From an uncultured Candidatus Binatia bacterium (lineage in GTDB: Bacteria > Desulfobacterota > Binatia > UBA9968 > JAJDTQ01): a DNA stretch of 64,000 bases. Position numbers and translations under genes: made by a program. Positions 30,622-42,243 of this stretch are shown here, piece by piece. Location of the stretch: NCBI GenBank assembly GCA_965213675.1, contig OZ243916.1, forward strand, positions 3,008,001 to 3,072,000. The letters run 5' to 3'. The notes beneath the pieces were generated by a model, which was not told the DNA's origin, did not search any database, and saw nothing but the letters and a program-made list of their open reading frames with translations. Numbering within the stretch: the first letter of the stretch is position 1; each line of letters starts with the position of its first letter.

Positions 30622-31050
30622 ATGATCAACGTCGACTTATCCTTGGTGGTTCAAATCGTCCTGTTCCTGATCCTGTGGAGCATCCTGCGTCGGGTGCTTT
30701 TCGGGCCGGTGGGGCGGCTGATGGCGGAGCGGGAGCGCCGGACGGAGGGAGCGCACGCGGAGGCGCGTACGCTGACCGATGAAGGAAAGGCGCTGCAGGA
30801 ACAGTACGACGCCGCCATCGCCAAGGCGCGGGCGGAGGGTGAAGCGATCAAGGGTGAGATCCGGGAAGAAGCGCTCAAGGCGCGCAACGTGATCCTCTCC
30901 CAGGGGCGCGACGCGGCGACGCAAAAGATTCAGGAGATTCGCGAAGAGGTTCGCCGGGAGATGGACGCGGCGCTCGAGGTCGCTTCAAGCAATGCCGAGG
31001 TGCTGGCGCAAGAGATGGCGGAGAAGGTGCTGGGCCGGAAGCTGACATGA
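30622..31050 (+). CDS. atpF: ATP synthase F0 subunit b'
   Basis: MINVDLSLVVQIVLFLILW TM segment then a coiled coil; first of two b-type genes. Confidence 0.85.
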   Translation: MINVDLSLVVQIVLFLILWSILRRVLFGPVGRLMAERERRTEGAHAEARTLTDEGKALQEQYDAAIAKARAEGEAIKGEIREEALKARNVILSQGRDAATQKIQEIREEVRREMDAALEVASSNAEVLAQEMAEKVLGRKLT

Positions 31051-31589
31051 GCATCGTGACGGAAATGTTCGTGTCCGTGGCGTGGGCCGCCACCGGCGGT
31101 GACGCACACACGCCGTCGATCACGGAGTTGGTTTTCCCGCTGATCAACTTCCTGATCTTCGCGTACCTGATCAAACGCTTCGGTCTTCCACTCATCCGGG
31201 AACATCTCAAGCAGCGGCGCGAAGGGCTGATCGCTGCCGTGGATACGGCTCAGAAGGCCAAGGCGGAGGCCGACGGATACGTCCGGAAGTATCAGGAATT
31301 ATTGAAGGTTCTCGACGAGGAGTGCGAGCGGATTCGCGAGGGTTTGCGGGCCGAGGGAGAGCGCGAGCGGGTGCGGATGGTGGCGGAAGCCGAGGAGTCC
31401 GCGACCAAGCTGATGGCCGATGCCGACTTTCTGGCCGAGCAGGAGGTCAAGATGGCGCGCCAGCACATCCGCGCCGAGATGGCCTCCCTCGCGGAGGCGG
31501 CCGCCATGGAGGCGCTCCAGCAGCACATCAGCGCGGCCGACCAGGATCGCATGGTGGAGGGTTTCTCCCAGCAAATTCAGCAGCTTTGA
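31047..31589 (+). CDS. atpF: ATP synthase F0 subunit b
   Basis: LINFLIFAYLI TM segment then a coiled coil; operon context. Confidence 0.85.
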   Translation: MSIVTEMFVSVAWAATGGDAHTPSITELVFPLINFLIFAYLIKRFGLPLIREHLKQRREGLIAAVDTAQKAKAEADGYVRKYQELLKVLDEECERIREGLRAEGERERVRMVAEAEESATKLMADADFLAEQEVKMARQHIRAEMASLAEAAAMEALQQHISAADQDRMVEGFSQQIQQL

Positions 31590-31676
31590 CGCCGTGCCGG
31601 GAGTCTGGCCGTAATCCGGCGGCGCTTCGAAAAGGGCATGGCGCCGCCACCGAGAGAATCCCAGGATCTACATCCG

Positions 31677-32213
31677 ATGACCGCAGGAAAGATCAGCCGC
31701 CGCTATGCCAGGGCGATCTTCGAGCTAGCCACGGGACGCGAGGAAGCCGTCGCAACGGAACTCGACGGGTTTGTCGAGGCGTACGGGCAGCCCGACCTCA
31801 GGCATGTGTTGGGCAACCCGGCCTTCAACGTGGAACGCCGCAAGGCGATCATCGTCGAACTGGCGGGACGGATGGGACTGTCAGAATTGACCACGCACTT
31901 CGTTTTGCTGCTGTTGGCGCGGGAGCGTCTCGACGGGCTTCCGTCCATCGCGCGGCATTACCACCGTCTGCTGGACGACGCGCGCGGACGTGTCAACGCC
32001 AAGGTCCTCGTCCCCCAGCCACTGGCTGACGAGCAGCGCCAGAGCCTCGTGTCCGTGGTAAGCCGCATGACCGGCAAGGATGCCGTACTCACCGAGGAAG
32101 TGGATTTGACCATTCTCGGCGGCATCATCGTCGAAGTCGGCGGCAAGGTCTATGACGGGAGCGTGCGCACGCAGCTTCACACTCTCAGACAGAACATCGA
32201 GAGGACCTACTAA
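31677..32213 (+). CDS. atpH: ATP synthase F1 delta subunit
   Basis: RRYARAIF and [18 protein letters not shown] motifs. Confidence 0.92.
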   Translation: MTAGKISRRYARAIFELATGREEAVATELDGFVEAYGQPDLRHVLGNPAFNVERRKAIIVELAGRMGLSELTTHFVLLLLARERLDGLPSIARHYHRLLDDARGRVNAKVLVPQPLADEQRQSLVSVVSRMTGKDAVLTEEVDLTILGGIIVEVGGKVYDGSVRTQLHTLRQNIERTY

Positions 32214-32233
32214 ACAGTCCAAGGGAGCCAGCC

Positions 32234-33742
32234 ATGGAGATCGGCACCGCCGAGATAACCAGCATCATCAAGAAGCAGATCGAAGACTACGACAAGGCCG
32301 TCAAGGTGGAGGAAGTGGGCACGGTGCTGTCCACAGGCGACGGCATTGCGCGCATCTACGGTCTGGACAACGCCGCGGCGGGCGAGTTGCTGGAGTTCCC
32401 GAACAACGTCTACGGCATGGCGCTGAACCTCGAGGAAGACAACGTCGGCTCCGCGCTCTTTGGTGAGTCACACCTGATCAAGGAAGGCGACCGGGTCAGC
32501 CGCACGGGCCGCATCGTCGAGGTGCCCGTGGGCGACGCCTTGAGAGGGCGCGTGGTTTCCCCGCTCGGCGAGCCCCTCGACGGCCGCGGTCCCATCGAAA
32601 CCGACCAACGGCGCCGGGTCGAGCTCAAGGCGCCGGGCATCGTCGCGCGCCAGCCGGTTACGCAGCCGCTGCAGACGGGCCTCAAGGCCATCGACTCCAT
32701 GATCCCCATCGGACGGGGCCAGCGCGAGTTGATCATCGGCGACCGCCAGACCGGCAAGACCGCCGTGTGTCTCGACACCATCATCAACCAGAAGGGCGGC
32801 GACGTCACCTGCATCTACGTCGCCATCGGCCAGAAGCGCTCCACCGTGGCGCAGGTGGTGGAGGAACTGCGGCACGCCGGCGCCATGGACTACACCATCG
32901 TGGTCGCGGCCACGGCCTCGGAGTCCGCGCCGCTCCAGTACATTGCCCCCTACAGCGGCTGCACCATGGGCGAGTACTTCCGCGACAACGGCCAGCACGC
33001 GCTTGCCATCTACGACGACCTGTCCAAGCACGCGGTGGCCTACCGGCAACTCTCCCTGCTGCTGCGCCGGCCGCCGGGGCGCGAGGCCTTCCCGGGGGAC
33101 GTTTTCTACCTGCATTCCCGGTTGTTGGAACGCGCCGCCAAGCTGAGCGAGGCACTCGGCGGTGGGTCGCTGACGGCGTTGCCGATCATCGAGACCCAGG
33201 CCGGTGACGTGTCGGCTTACGTCCCCACGAACGTCATTTCCATCACCGACGGCCAGATATACCTCGAGACCGACCTGTTCTACTCGGGCGTCCGGCCGGC
33301 CATCAACGTCGGCCTGTCGGTTTCCCGTGTGGGCGGCAACGCGCAGATCCGCGCCATGAAGCAGGTCGCGGGCGGCCTTCGGCTGGACTTGGCCCAGTAC
33401 CGCGAAATGGCCGCCTTTGCCCAGTTCGGCTCGGACCTCGACGCCGCCACCCAACGGCAGATCGCCCGCGGCAGCCGGCTCGTGGAGATCCTCAAGCAGG
33501 GACAGTACGAGCCCATGCCGGTGGAGAAGCAGGTGCTCATCATCTATGCCGGCACCAACGGTTTTGTGGATCAGATCGCTCCCGAAAGCCTGCCGCGATA
33601 CCAGAGCGGGTTGTTCGAGTTCGTGGAGTCGCAGCACCCGGACCTGCTGCCGTCCATCGTGGACAAGGGCCAGATCGACGACGACATCAAGGGGCAGGTC
33701 GAGAAGGCGTTGCAGGAATACAGCCAACGGTTCGAAGCATAA
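32234..33742 (+). CDS. atpA: ATP synthase F1 alpha subunit
   Basis: GDRQTGKT and [26 protein letters not shown] motifs. Confidence 0.97.
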   Translation: MEIGTAEITSIIKKQIEDYDKAVKVEEVGTVLSTGDGIARIYGLDNAAAGELLEFPNNVYGMALNLEEDNVGSALFGESHLIKEGDRVSRTGRIVEVPVGDALRGRVVSPLGEPLDGRGPIETDQRRRVELKAPGIVARQPVTQPLQTGLKAIDSMIPIGRGQRELIIGDRQTGKTAVCLDTIINQKGGDVTCIYVAIGQKRSTVAQVVEELRHAGAMDYTIVVAATASESAPLQYIAPYSGCTMGEYFRDNGQHALAIYDDLSKHAVAYRQLSLLLRRPPGREAFPGDVFYLHSRLLERAAKLSEALGGGSLTALPIIETQAGDVSAYVPTNVISITDGQIYLETDLFYSGVRPAINVGLSVSRVGGNAQIRAMKQVAGGLRLDLAQYREMAAFAQFGSDLDAATQRQIARGSRLVEILKQGQYEPMPVEKQVLIIYAGTNGFVDQIAPESLPRYQSGLFEFVESQHPDLLPSIVDKGQIDDDIKGQVEKALQEYSQRFEA

Positions 33743-34600
33743 GTGCCCTCTCTCAAGGACATAAGAAAACGCATCGCCTCGGTGCGCAACACGCAGCAGA
33801 TCACCAAGGCGATGAAGATGGTGGCGGCGGCCAAGCTGCGCCGGGCGCACGAGGCCGCGGTGGAGTCGCGGCCGTATGCCGAAAAGATGCGGGAACTCCT
33901 GGCGAACCTGTCCGCGCGAGTATCCGAGGACAGTCATCCGTTGCTGGTGGCGCGCGAGGAGAAACGTCTCGACGTCCTTTTCGTCACCACGGATCGAGGC
34001 CTGTGCGGCGGTTACAACAGCAATCTGTTCCGGCTGTCGGAGAACTTTCTCGGGGATCATCCGGAGCAGGAAGTGTCGTTCCGGTTCGTCGGGCGCAAGG
34101 GTGCGGATTTCTACCGCCGCCGCGGCACGAGCGCCATGGATGACTCTCCGGTAATGTGGCAGGCGCCGCCTGAAGAGATCGCGGCGGCCGCCGCCAACCG
34201 CTTCATCGGCCGATACCTGCGCGGCGAGTCGGACGGCGCCTATATTCTTTACAGCCAGTTCCGCTCCGCCCTGTCGCAGGCGCCCACAGTGGCCCGGTTG
34301 ATCCCCGTGGCGCCCGCCAAAGTGGACGACGGCCAGCATCTGACCGAGTACCTGCTCGAGCCGAGCATCGGCGATCTGCTTTCCAACCTGTTGCCCAAGA
34401 GCGTCGAGGTGCAGATCTACCAGGCCTTGCTCGAGGCTGTCGCGGGCGAGCACGGTGCCCGCATGACTGCCATGGAGTCCGCCACCAGCAACGCTTCGGA
34501 CCTGATCAGCCAACTGACGCTTCAGATGAACCGGGCGCGGCAGGCGGCGATCACCAAGGAGCTTCTGGAAGTGGTCTCCACCGCGGAGGCATTGGGCTGA
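33743..34600 (+). CDS. atpG: ATP synthase F1 gamma subunit
   Basis: ITKAMKMVAAAK, DRGLCG and NRARQAAITKEL motifs. Confidence 0.96.
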   Translation: MPSLKDIRKRIASVRNTQQITKAMKMVAAAKLRRAHEAAVESRPYAEKMRELLANLSARVSEDSHPLLVAREEKRLDVLFVTTDRGLCGGYNSNLFRLSENFLGDHPEQEVSFRFVGRKGADFYRRRGTSAMDDSPVMWQAPPEEIAAAAANRFIGRYLRGESDGAYILYSQFRSALSQAPTVARLIPVAPAKVDDGQHLTEYLLEPSIGDLLSNLLPKSVEVQIYQALLEAVAGEHGARMTAMESATSNASDLISQLTLQMNRARQAAITKELLEVVSTAEALG

Positions 34601-34727
34601 CGCGTGGAGACGGGTTTCAAGCCCGTGCGCGTGACGACCGTGAACGCAGTACAAACCCGAATGCTTTGATTGAAGGACCACTCGACCAAGGGAACCGCGG
34701 ATGGTCGCGCCTTGACCAAGCCGGTAA

Positions 34728-36254
<1,527 letters not shown>

Positions 36255-36257
36255 ATC

Positions 36258-36668
36258 ATGGCCGGCGATATCTCACTCCGCGTGGTCACGCCCGTGCGCC
36301 TGGTGCTGGAAGAGCGGGTGGACGAGTTGACCGCGCCCGGTCCGCTCGGCCAACTCGGCATCCTGCCCGACCACGCCGCCCTCGTGACCACCCTCGACGT
36401 CGGTCAGCTCAGCTACAAACAGGGTGGCTCCACTTCGGTGGTCACCCTGGCCGGCGGCTACGCCGAAGTGCTCGACAACGTGGTGACGGTGCTCGCCGAC
36501 GCGTCCGAATTTCCTGCCGAGATCGACCCCGCCCGCGCCGAACGCGCCCGTGCAAGAGCCGAGCGCGCCCTTGACGAGACCGACCCCACCGACGAAGAGG
36601 CGCGGGCGGCGGCCAGCGCCGCCCTGCAACGCGCCCGCCTGAGGCTCGACACCGCCAGTCAGCGCTGA
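36258..36668 (+). CDS. atpC: ATP synthase F1 epsilon subunit
   Basis: VVTP, GQLGILPDHA and GGYAEV motifs. Confidence 0.93.
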   Translation: MAGDISLRVVTPVRLVLEERVDELTAPGPLGQLGILPDHAALVTTLDVGQLSYKQGGSTSVVTLAGGYAEVLDNVVTVLADASEFPAEIDPARAERARARAERALDETDPTDEEARAAASAALQRARLRLDTASQR

Positions 36669-36703
36669 CGCCAAGCCAGCACCGAGTCGCACGAAGCTCC
36701 ACT

Positions 36704-36868
36704 CTAGTGTGGTGTCTGGTTAATTCGGGTCATAATGTGCGGAGGATATTTTGTTGTCGGCAAGGCGCGATGACGAGCAGTGGCGTGTACCACGCGAGGA
36801 AGAGCAACGCAGCCGACGGCGAAAAAGACCCGCAGATTATGACGCGAATTAACCAGACACCACACTAG
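36704..36868. mobile_element. 165-bp MITE-like element, copy 1 (IS630-like ends)
   Basis: 39-bp terminal inverted repeats CTAGTGTGGTGTCTGGTTAATTCG...CGAATTAACCAGACACCACACTAG with 2 mismatches; near-identical inverted copy at 50685-50849. Confidence 0.8.
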
Positions 36869-36950
36869 CCAACATCCCAGGTAACGCCTGCGATCCGGCC
36901 CGATCCCGGCGCACTGGCCCGGCCGCAGGATTTCGGCTAAGATACCAATC

Positions 36951-38147
36951 ATGCTGCGCTATTTCACCGCTGGCGAGTCCCACGGCCCGTGTCTCACCGC
37001 CATCATCGAGGGGGTGCCGGCGGGATTCGACATCGATGTCGAGAAGGTCAACCATGATCTCTGGCGACGCCAGCAGGGCTACGGCCGGGGCGGCCGCATG
37101 CTCATCGAAAAGGACGAGGTGCAGGTGCGGTCTGGGTTGCGGTGGGGAAAGACCATCGGCTCGCCGGTCACCTTTGGCATCGACAACCGCGACTGGAAGA
37201 ACTGGACGAAGAAGATGTCCCCGTATGCGCAGGACGAGGGCCAGGCCATCGCGGTCAAGAAGCCGCGTCCGGGCCATGCCGACCTCGTGGGCGTCCTCAA
37301 GTACGGCCACTCGGACATCCGCAACATCCTCGAGCGCGCCAGCGCCCGCGAGACCGTCTCACGGGTCGCGGTGGGATCCTTCTGCAAGCAGCTCATCGAA
37401 CCGTTCGCGATCCAGGTCAGGGGCTACCTGCGGTCCCTCGGCGGCATTGAGGCGAACCTGGACGGGAAAAGCTACGACGAGATCTACGAGTTGGCCGAGA
37501 ACTCTCCGGTGCGCATGGCGGATCCGGAAGCCGAGAAAAAGGCCATCGCCCTCATCGATGAGTGCAAGAAGGAAGGCAACACCCTGGGCGGCATCTTCGA
37601 GGTCGTGGCCACGGGCGTCCCGCCGGGTCTGGGAAGCCATGTCCACTATGACCGGAAGCTGGACGGCCGGCTGGCCCAGAGCCTCATGAGCATCCAGGCC
37701 ATGAAGGGCGTGGAGATCGGACGGGGCTTCGACATCGCCATGCACCGCGGCTCCGAGGTGCACGATGAGATCTTCTTCGACCCCCAGCATATGATCTCCG
37801 ACACCAGGCCGCGCATGCAGCCTACCGATTTCTTCCGCGGCAGCAACAATGCCGGCGGCCTCGAAGGCGGCATGACCACCGGCGCGCCGCTGGTGGTGCG
37901 GGTTGCGATGAAGCCCATTTCCACCCTTATGAGCCCGCTTCAGTCCGTGAATCTCGACACCAAACAGCCCGAGGACGCCTCGGTAGAGCGGTCCGACGCC
38001 TGCGCCGCCCCCGCCGCGGCTGTCATTGGCGAGGCCATCGTCTCTTTCGAGCTGGCACGGGCGTTCCTGGAGAAGTTCGGCGGCGACTCGCTGGCGGAGG
38101 TCACCCGCAACTACGACGGGTACCTGGACCAGATCAAGAGCCTCTGA
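36951..38147 (+). CDS. aroC: Chorismate synthase
   Basis: FTAGESHG, PRPGHAD, ERASARET, GGLEGG and ERSDAC motifs. Confidence 0.96.
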   Translation: MLRYFTAGESHGPCLTAIIEGVPAGFDIDVEKVNHDLWRRQQGYGRGGRMLIEKDEVQVRSGLRWGKTIGSPVTFGIDNRDWKNWTKKMSPYAQDEGQAIAVKKPRPGHADLVGVLKYGHSDIRNILERASARETVSRVAVGSFCKQLIEPFAIQVRGYLRSLGGIEANLDGKSYDEIYELAENSPVRMADPEAEKKAIALIDECKKEGNTLGGIFEVVATGVPPGLGSHVHYDRKLDGRLAQSLMSIQAMKGVEIGRGFDIAMHRGSEVHDEIFFDPQHMISDTRPRMQPTDFFRGSNNAGGLEGGMTTGAPLVVRVAMKPISTLMSPLQSVNLDTKQPEDASVERSDACAAPAAAVIGEAIVSFELARAFLEKFGGDSLAEVTRNYDGYLDQIKSL

Positions 38148-38156
38148 GGCCGCGTC

Positions 38157-38672
38157 ATTACGGACTACGCGAACATCGCCCTCACCGGTTTCATGGCCGC
38201 CGGCAAGACCGTGGCAGGCCGGCGGCTGGCGCGGTCCCTGGACTGGTCGTTCGTCGATCTGGACGGCGTCATCGAGGAAGGCGAAGGGCGACCCATCCGG
38301 GAGATCTTCAGCCACCGCGGCGAAGGCTATTTCCGCGAACGCGAGAAGGCGGCCCTGGGGCAGGTGCTGGAAGGGTCCAGGCAGGTCATCGCCTTGGGAG
38401 GCGGCGCGGTGGTGGACCCGGAAAACCTGAGGCTGCTCAAGCAGCGCAGCCTGCTGATCTGGCTCAGGGTGTCGCCCGAGACGGTTCTGAGCAGGGTGCG
38501 GCGGAACGATGACCGCCCGTTGCTCCGGGGTCCCGACCGGCTCAAGCGGATCGAGGAGCTGTCGGCGCAGCGGGAAGGCATCTACGCCGAGGCTCATGTC
38601 GCCGTGGACACCGATGGGCTGACGGAAGACGAGGTAGTTCGGCGCATCCAACAGCAGCTATGCAGACCGTAA
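38157..38672 (+). CDS. aroK: Shikimate kinase (start uncertain; ATT 38157 proposed)
   Basis: NIALTGFMAAGKT P-loop, GEGYFRERE, LGGG and RPLL motifs. Confidence 0.9.
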   Translation: MTDYANIALTGFMAAGKTVAGRRLARSLDWSFVDLDGVIEEGEGRPIREIFSHRGEGYFREREKAALGQVLEGSRQVIALGGGAVVDPENLRLLKQRSLLIWLRVSPETVLSRVRRNDDRPLLRGPDRLKRIEELSAQREGIYAEAHVAVDTDGLTEDEVVRRIQQQLCRP

Positions 38673-39742
38673 CCGTCAATCTGGGACAGCGCTCCTATCC
38701 CATCGAGCTGGGCCAGGGACTGCTCTCGCGAATCGGCGAGCTGATGAAGGCCCAGGGCATCGGCGGCCGGGTCGGCATCGTGTCGAATCCGCCGGTGGCC
38801 GACCTTTACGGGGACCAGGTCCGGGAGTCCCTGGAGGCGGCGGGCTTCGACACTACGACGGTGCTGATACCGGAGGGCGAGGCGTACAAGAACGCGGCGT
38901 CCCTGGGCTTGATCTACGACGCGCTGGTGGAGCACCGCTTCGACCGGAGCGCCACGCTCATCGCCTTGGGCGGCGGCGTCATCGGCGACATCACCGGTTT
39001 CGCCGCGGCCACGTTCCTGCGCGGCATCGGCTATGTACAGATCCCCACGACGCTGCTGGCGCAAGTAGACGCGAGCGTGGGCGGCAAGACCGCGGTCAAC
39101 CACGCGCAGGGCAAGAACCTCATCGGCGCCTTTCATCAACCGCGCCTCGTGGTCATCGACCTGGACACCCTGCGCACCCTGCCGCGGCGGGAGTACGCCG
39201 CAGGTCTGGCCGAGGTGATCAAGTACGGCATCATCGAGGATGCGGCATTCTTTGGCTTTCTGGAAGAGGAGATGGATGCGCTGCTGGAGATCGACGCCGG
39301 GGCGGTGGAGCGCGCCGTGGCGGCATCGTGCCGCATCAAGGCCGCCGTGGTGGAGCAGGACGAGCGCGAATCCGACCGCCGCGCCATTCTGAACTTCGGC
39401 CACACCATCGGCCACGCGCTGGAAGCCTTTACCGGCTATGAACGCTTTCTCCACGGCGAGGCCGTGGCTGTCGGCATGATCCAGGCGGCGGACTTGTCCG
39501 CGGGACAAGGCCTGTGCCGCGCTGCCGATGTGAAGCGCATCGACGCGCTGGTGCGCGGGGCAGGCCTGCCTTGGCGGATTCCCGACGATATCGCCCTGGA
39601 AGACCTCATCGCCGGGATGGCGCTGGACAAGAAGTCGCACGCGGGCAAGATCAAGTTCGTACTTTGCGAGGGCATCGGCGGCACCCGTTTCCAGTGGTTC
39701 TCCCCAGAGGAGATCGTCCGGGAGCTGACGCTGCGGCCTTGA
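38660..39742 (+). CDS. aroB: 3-dehydroquinate synthase
   Basis: LGGGVIGD, PTTLLAQVDASVGGKT and LNFGHTIGHA motifs. Confidence 0.96.
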   Translation: MQTVTVNLGQRSYPIELGQGLLSRIGELMKAQGIGGRVGIVSNPPVADLYGDQVRESLEAAGFDTTTVLIPEGEAYKNAASLGLIYDALVEHRFDRSATLIALGGGVIGDITGFAAATFLRGIGYVQIPTTLLAQVDASVGGKTAVNHAQGKNLIGAFHQPRLVVIDLDTLRTLPRREYAAGLAEVIKYGIIEDAAFFGFLEEEMDALLEIDAGAVERAVAASCRIKAAVVEQDERESDRRAILNFGHTIGHALEAFTGYERFLHGEAVAVGMIQAADLSAGQGLCRAADVKRIDALVRGAGLPWRIPDDIALEDLIAGMALDKKSHAGKIKFVLCEGIGGTRFQWFSPEEIVRELTLRP

Positions 39743-39772
39743 CCAGACAAGACACCGAGCGCGCGTTCGACG

Positions 39773-39934
39773 GCAGGGGCGACCGGCCGGCGGCCCCTGC
39801 GGAGATACACCACCGGACCCCGCATAGCCTTTCCACACCCTGTCCTTCACGTGCTGCGGGGCGACCGGGCGGTGGCCTCAGCGAGGAAACACCACCGGAC
39901 CTGACAGGTCGGGTGACCGGCGGATCGCCCGTGC
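39773..39934. repeat. Cluster of three degenerate REP-like palindromes (GGGGCGACCGG..GG.CGCCC), BIME-like
   Basis: Copies at about 39773-39800, 39855-39882 and 39908-39934, between aroB and aroQ. Confidence 0.55.
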
Positions 39935-39965
39935 GGGGATCCACCACTGAACCCGGAGGCATGAC

Positions 39966-40409
39966 ATGCCTGACACCAAGATTCTGATACTCCACGGACC
40001 CAACCTGAACCTGCTGGGCGCGCGCGAGCCGGAGATCTACGGCCGTGACACCCTTGCGGACATCGACGCCCGCGTGGGCGCAATGGCCACGGAACTGGGC
40101 ATCGCCGTGGAAGCCCGCCAGTCCAACCACGAGGGCGAGCTGGTCACCTGGGTGCAGCAGGCCGCCACCGAGGGCTTCGGCGCCGTCATCATCAATGCCG
40201 GCGCATACACGCATACGAGCATCGCGCTACGGGACGCCCTGGCCGCGTGCGGATTGCCGGTCATCGAAGTCCACTTGTCCAACATCTACAAGCGCGAGGC
40301 CTTCCGGCATACATCGCTGATCGCTGATGTGGCGGTGGGGCAGATCGCGGGCTTCGGGGCGCAGAGCTATCTTCTGGCGTTGCGCGCCGCGTCAGCGATC
40401 CTGGGATAG
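39966..40409 (+). CDS. aroQ: Type II 3-dehydroquinate dehydratase
   Basis: [23 protein letters not shown] and EVHLSN motifs. Confidence 0.96.
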   Translation: MPDTKILILHGPNLNLLGAREPEIYGRDTLADIDARVGAMATELGIAVEARQSNHEGELVTWVQQAATEGFGAVIINAGAYTHTSIALRDALAACGLPVIEVHLSNIYKREAFRHTSLIADVAVGQIAGFGAQSYLLALRAASAILG

Positions 40410-40501
40410 TCTCGTTTCCCACGTAAGGGTGACAAGCCAGAATCGACCAGTCCTTGGTCCGGCCGCTTTCCCGGCCGGCGGCGCGTTTCCACCGGAGCCT
40501 G

Positions 40502-41689
40502 ATGACCCTCTCCCTGTTAATCCTTGCCCTGGTCACCGTCACCCACATCGTCGGGGCTTCGGCGCAGTACGGCATCAACACGTTCGCGCCGTTCTACCAG
40601 GATGAACTTGGCCTCACCCGCGCGCAGGTGGGGCTGTTCTTCACCGCCTTCTATATTGGCATGGCCGGCTTCTCGTTCACCGCCGGGTGGCTGAGCGACC
40701 GGCTCGGCGTGCGCCGGGCGTCGTTCATTGGCCACGTATTCGCTGGCACTGCCGTCATCATTGCCTCGTCGGCGCAGACCTTCGGCTGGGCCTTCGCGTG
40801 TTTCCTCCTCACCGGCCTTGGCTACAGCTTCTTGAACCCGGCCTCCACCAAGGGCGTGCTGATGTGGTTTCGACGGCAGCGCGCCACGGCCATGGGCATC
40901 AAGCAGACCGGCGTGCCCGCGGGCGGAGTGCTCACCGCCCTCGTGGGCGCGCCGATGGCGGCGATATTCGGCTGGCGCGCGACCTTGGCGGGCATGGGCG
41001 TGGTCAATGTGTTGTTCGGGGCGGCTTTCTGGTTCTTGTGGCGCGAGCCCGGCGACGCGGACCGGACCGGGGAAGCCCGGGCGGGGACCGCCGGCGCTCC
41101 CCGGCTGCGGATCCGAAGCCTGCTGGCCCTGAGTTGCGGCACCGCCCTGCTGCTCATCGGACAGATGTCGCTGCTCACCTACCTGCCGCTGTTTCTCAAG
41201 GAGAAACTGGCGTTTTCCACCGTCCACGCGAGCCAGTGGCTGTCCATCACTCAGGGCGGGGCGGTGCTCGGCCGCATCGGCTGGGGCACGGTGAGCGACC
41301 GCATCTACGGCGGCCGGCGCAAGATCGTGCTGGTGCTCATCGGCGGCATCTCGGTGCTGCTGTGCGCGGCGTTGAGCGCGCTGGACAAGGGCGTCTCGCC
41401 GTTCGTCCTGGTGCCAGTGACATTCCTCGGCGGGTTCACCATGATCGGCTATCAGGGCGTCTCCTACTCCCTGATCAGCGAGATCGCCGGGCAGTCCCGC
41501 GCCGGCATGGCCCTGGGCCTGATGATCACCATCAACGCCCTTGGCACCGTGGTGGGCACACCTACCTTCGGCTACATCGTCGACGCCACCGGCTCCTACG
41601 CCATCGCCTGGCAGGCGCTGGCGGGCGTGCTGGCGTTGGGAACGGCGAACATCGCCGTGTTCGTGACCGAGGCGGAGCGGCGGCCTTGA
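40502..41689 (+). CDS. MFS transporter
   Basis: About 12 TM segments, GWLSDRLGVRR motif A and RATAMGIKQTG; alternative start 40454. Confidence 0.85.
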   Translation: MTLSLLILALVTVTHIVGASAQYGINTFAPFYQDELGLTRAQVGLFFTAFYIGMAGFSFTAGWLSDRLGVRRASFIGHVFAGTAVIIASSAQTFGWAFACFLLTGLGYSFLNPASTKGVLMWFRRQRATAMGIKQTGVPAGGVLTALVGAPMAAIFGWRATLAGMGVVNVLFGAAFWFLWREPGDADRTGEARAGTAGAPRLRIRSLLALSCGTALLLIGQMSLLTYLPLFLKEKLAFSTVHASQWLSITQGGAVLGRIGWGTVSDRIYGGRRKIVLVLIGGISVLLCAALSALDKGVSPFVLVPVTFLGGFTMIGYQGVSYSLISEIAGQSRAGMALGLMITINALGTVVGTPTFGYIVDATGSYAIAWQALAGVLALGTANIAVFVTEAERRP

Positions 41690-42006
41690 TCGGGTGTCGT
41701 GTCCCGCAAGTTCCCGCGATCAGGTTTCAGCCATTATGGCGGGCGCAGGTCCGAGGCGCTGCGTCCCAAGTGGGAGTACGTTCACGGCGTCCGCACGGTC
41801 CGGCCCGCACCGAGGCGGACGGTCGTGCGCGAAGCATCGTCGGCGACGGTGACAGGACTGCCGCGCGTCGTGTCGCGCAGACGTGCGCGCGCTATTGTTT
41901 CCCCCCCGGGTTTGATTTACAGTAAACTGAACGGCGTAGTTTACGCTCGGTAAATTCGCGCGCTGTGCGCATCGGCAAGCCGGGCGACAGATTCGGAGAG
42001 ATCGGG

Positions 42007-42243
42007 ATGACTATCTTCAACGAAGGACGACATTCGATCCGCGCGCTGTCTGCGGCGCTTGGGATCATCGCCGGGCGCGCGAAACATTGTTTCGTGCAGG
42101 GGTTGACAAGGGCTGAGGGCTCCCCTCACCATATCGCCGGATCGCCGGATCGCCGGATCGCCGGATCGCCGGATCGCCGGATCGCCGGATCGCCGGATCG
42201 CCGGATCGCCGGATCGCCGGATCGCGCCCGTGTGCCGGCATGA
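42007..42243 (+). other. Putative leader ORF spanning the octamer tract; its TGA overlaps the ATG of the downstream surface protein (ATGA)
   Basis: GGAGAG at 41995-42000 then ATG 42007; MTIFNEGRHSIRALSAALGIIAGRAKHCFVQGLTRAEGSPHH-(IAGSPDRR)n. Confidence 0.5.
42133..42225. repeat. Perfect tandem repeat (ATCGCCGG)x11 plus partial ATCGC
   Basis: Direct count: 88 bp at 42133-42220. Confidence 0.95.

Noticed and set aside
39773-39934. Three spaced palindromic repeats as a mini-CRISPR
   Set aside because: Repeats are very degenerate, spacer lengths are unequal, and there are no cas genes or leader.
41915-41955. AT-rich imperfect inverted repeat (ATTTAC-AGTAAACT...AGTTTAC...GTAAAT) upstream of the leader ORF
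   Set aside because: Could be an operator or promoter, but it is too imperfect to call and there is no cognate regulator nearby.
42133-42225. Octamer tract as a CRISPR array or iteron set
   Set aside because: No spacers and no Rep gene; it is a simple tandem repeat.
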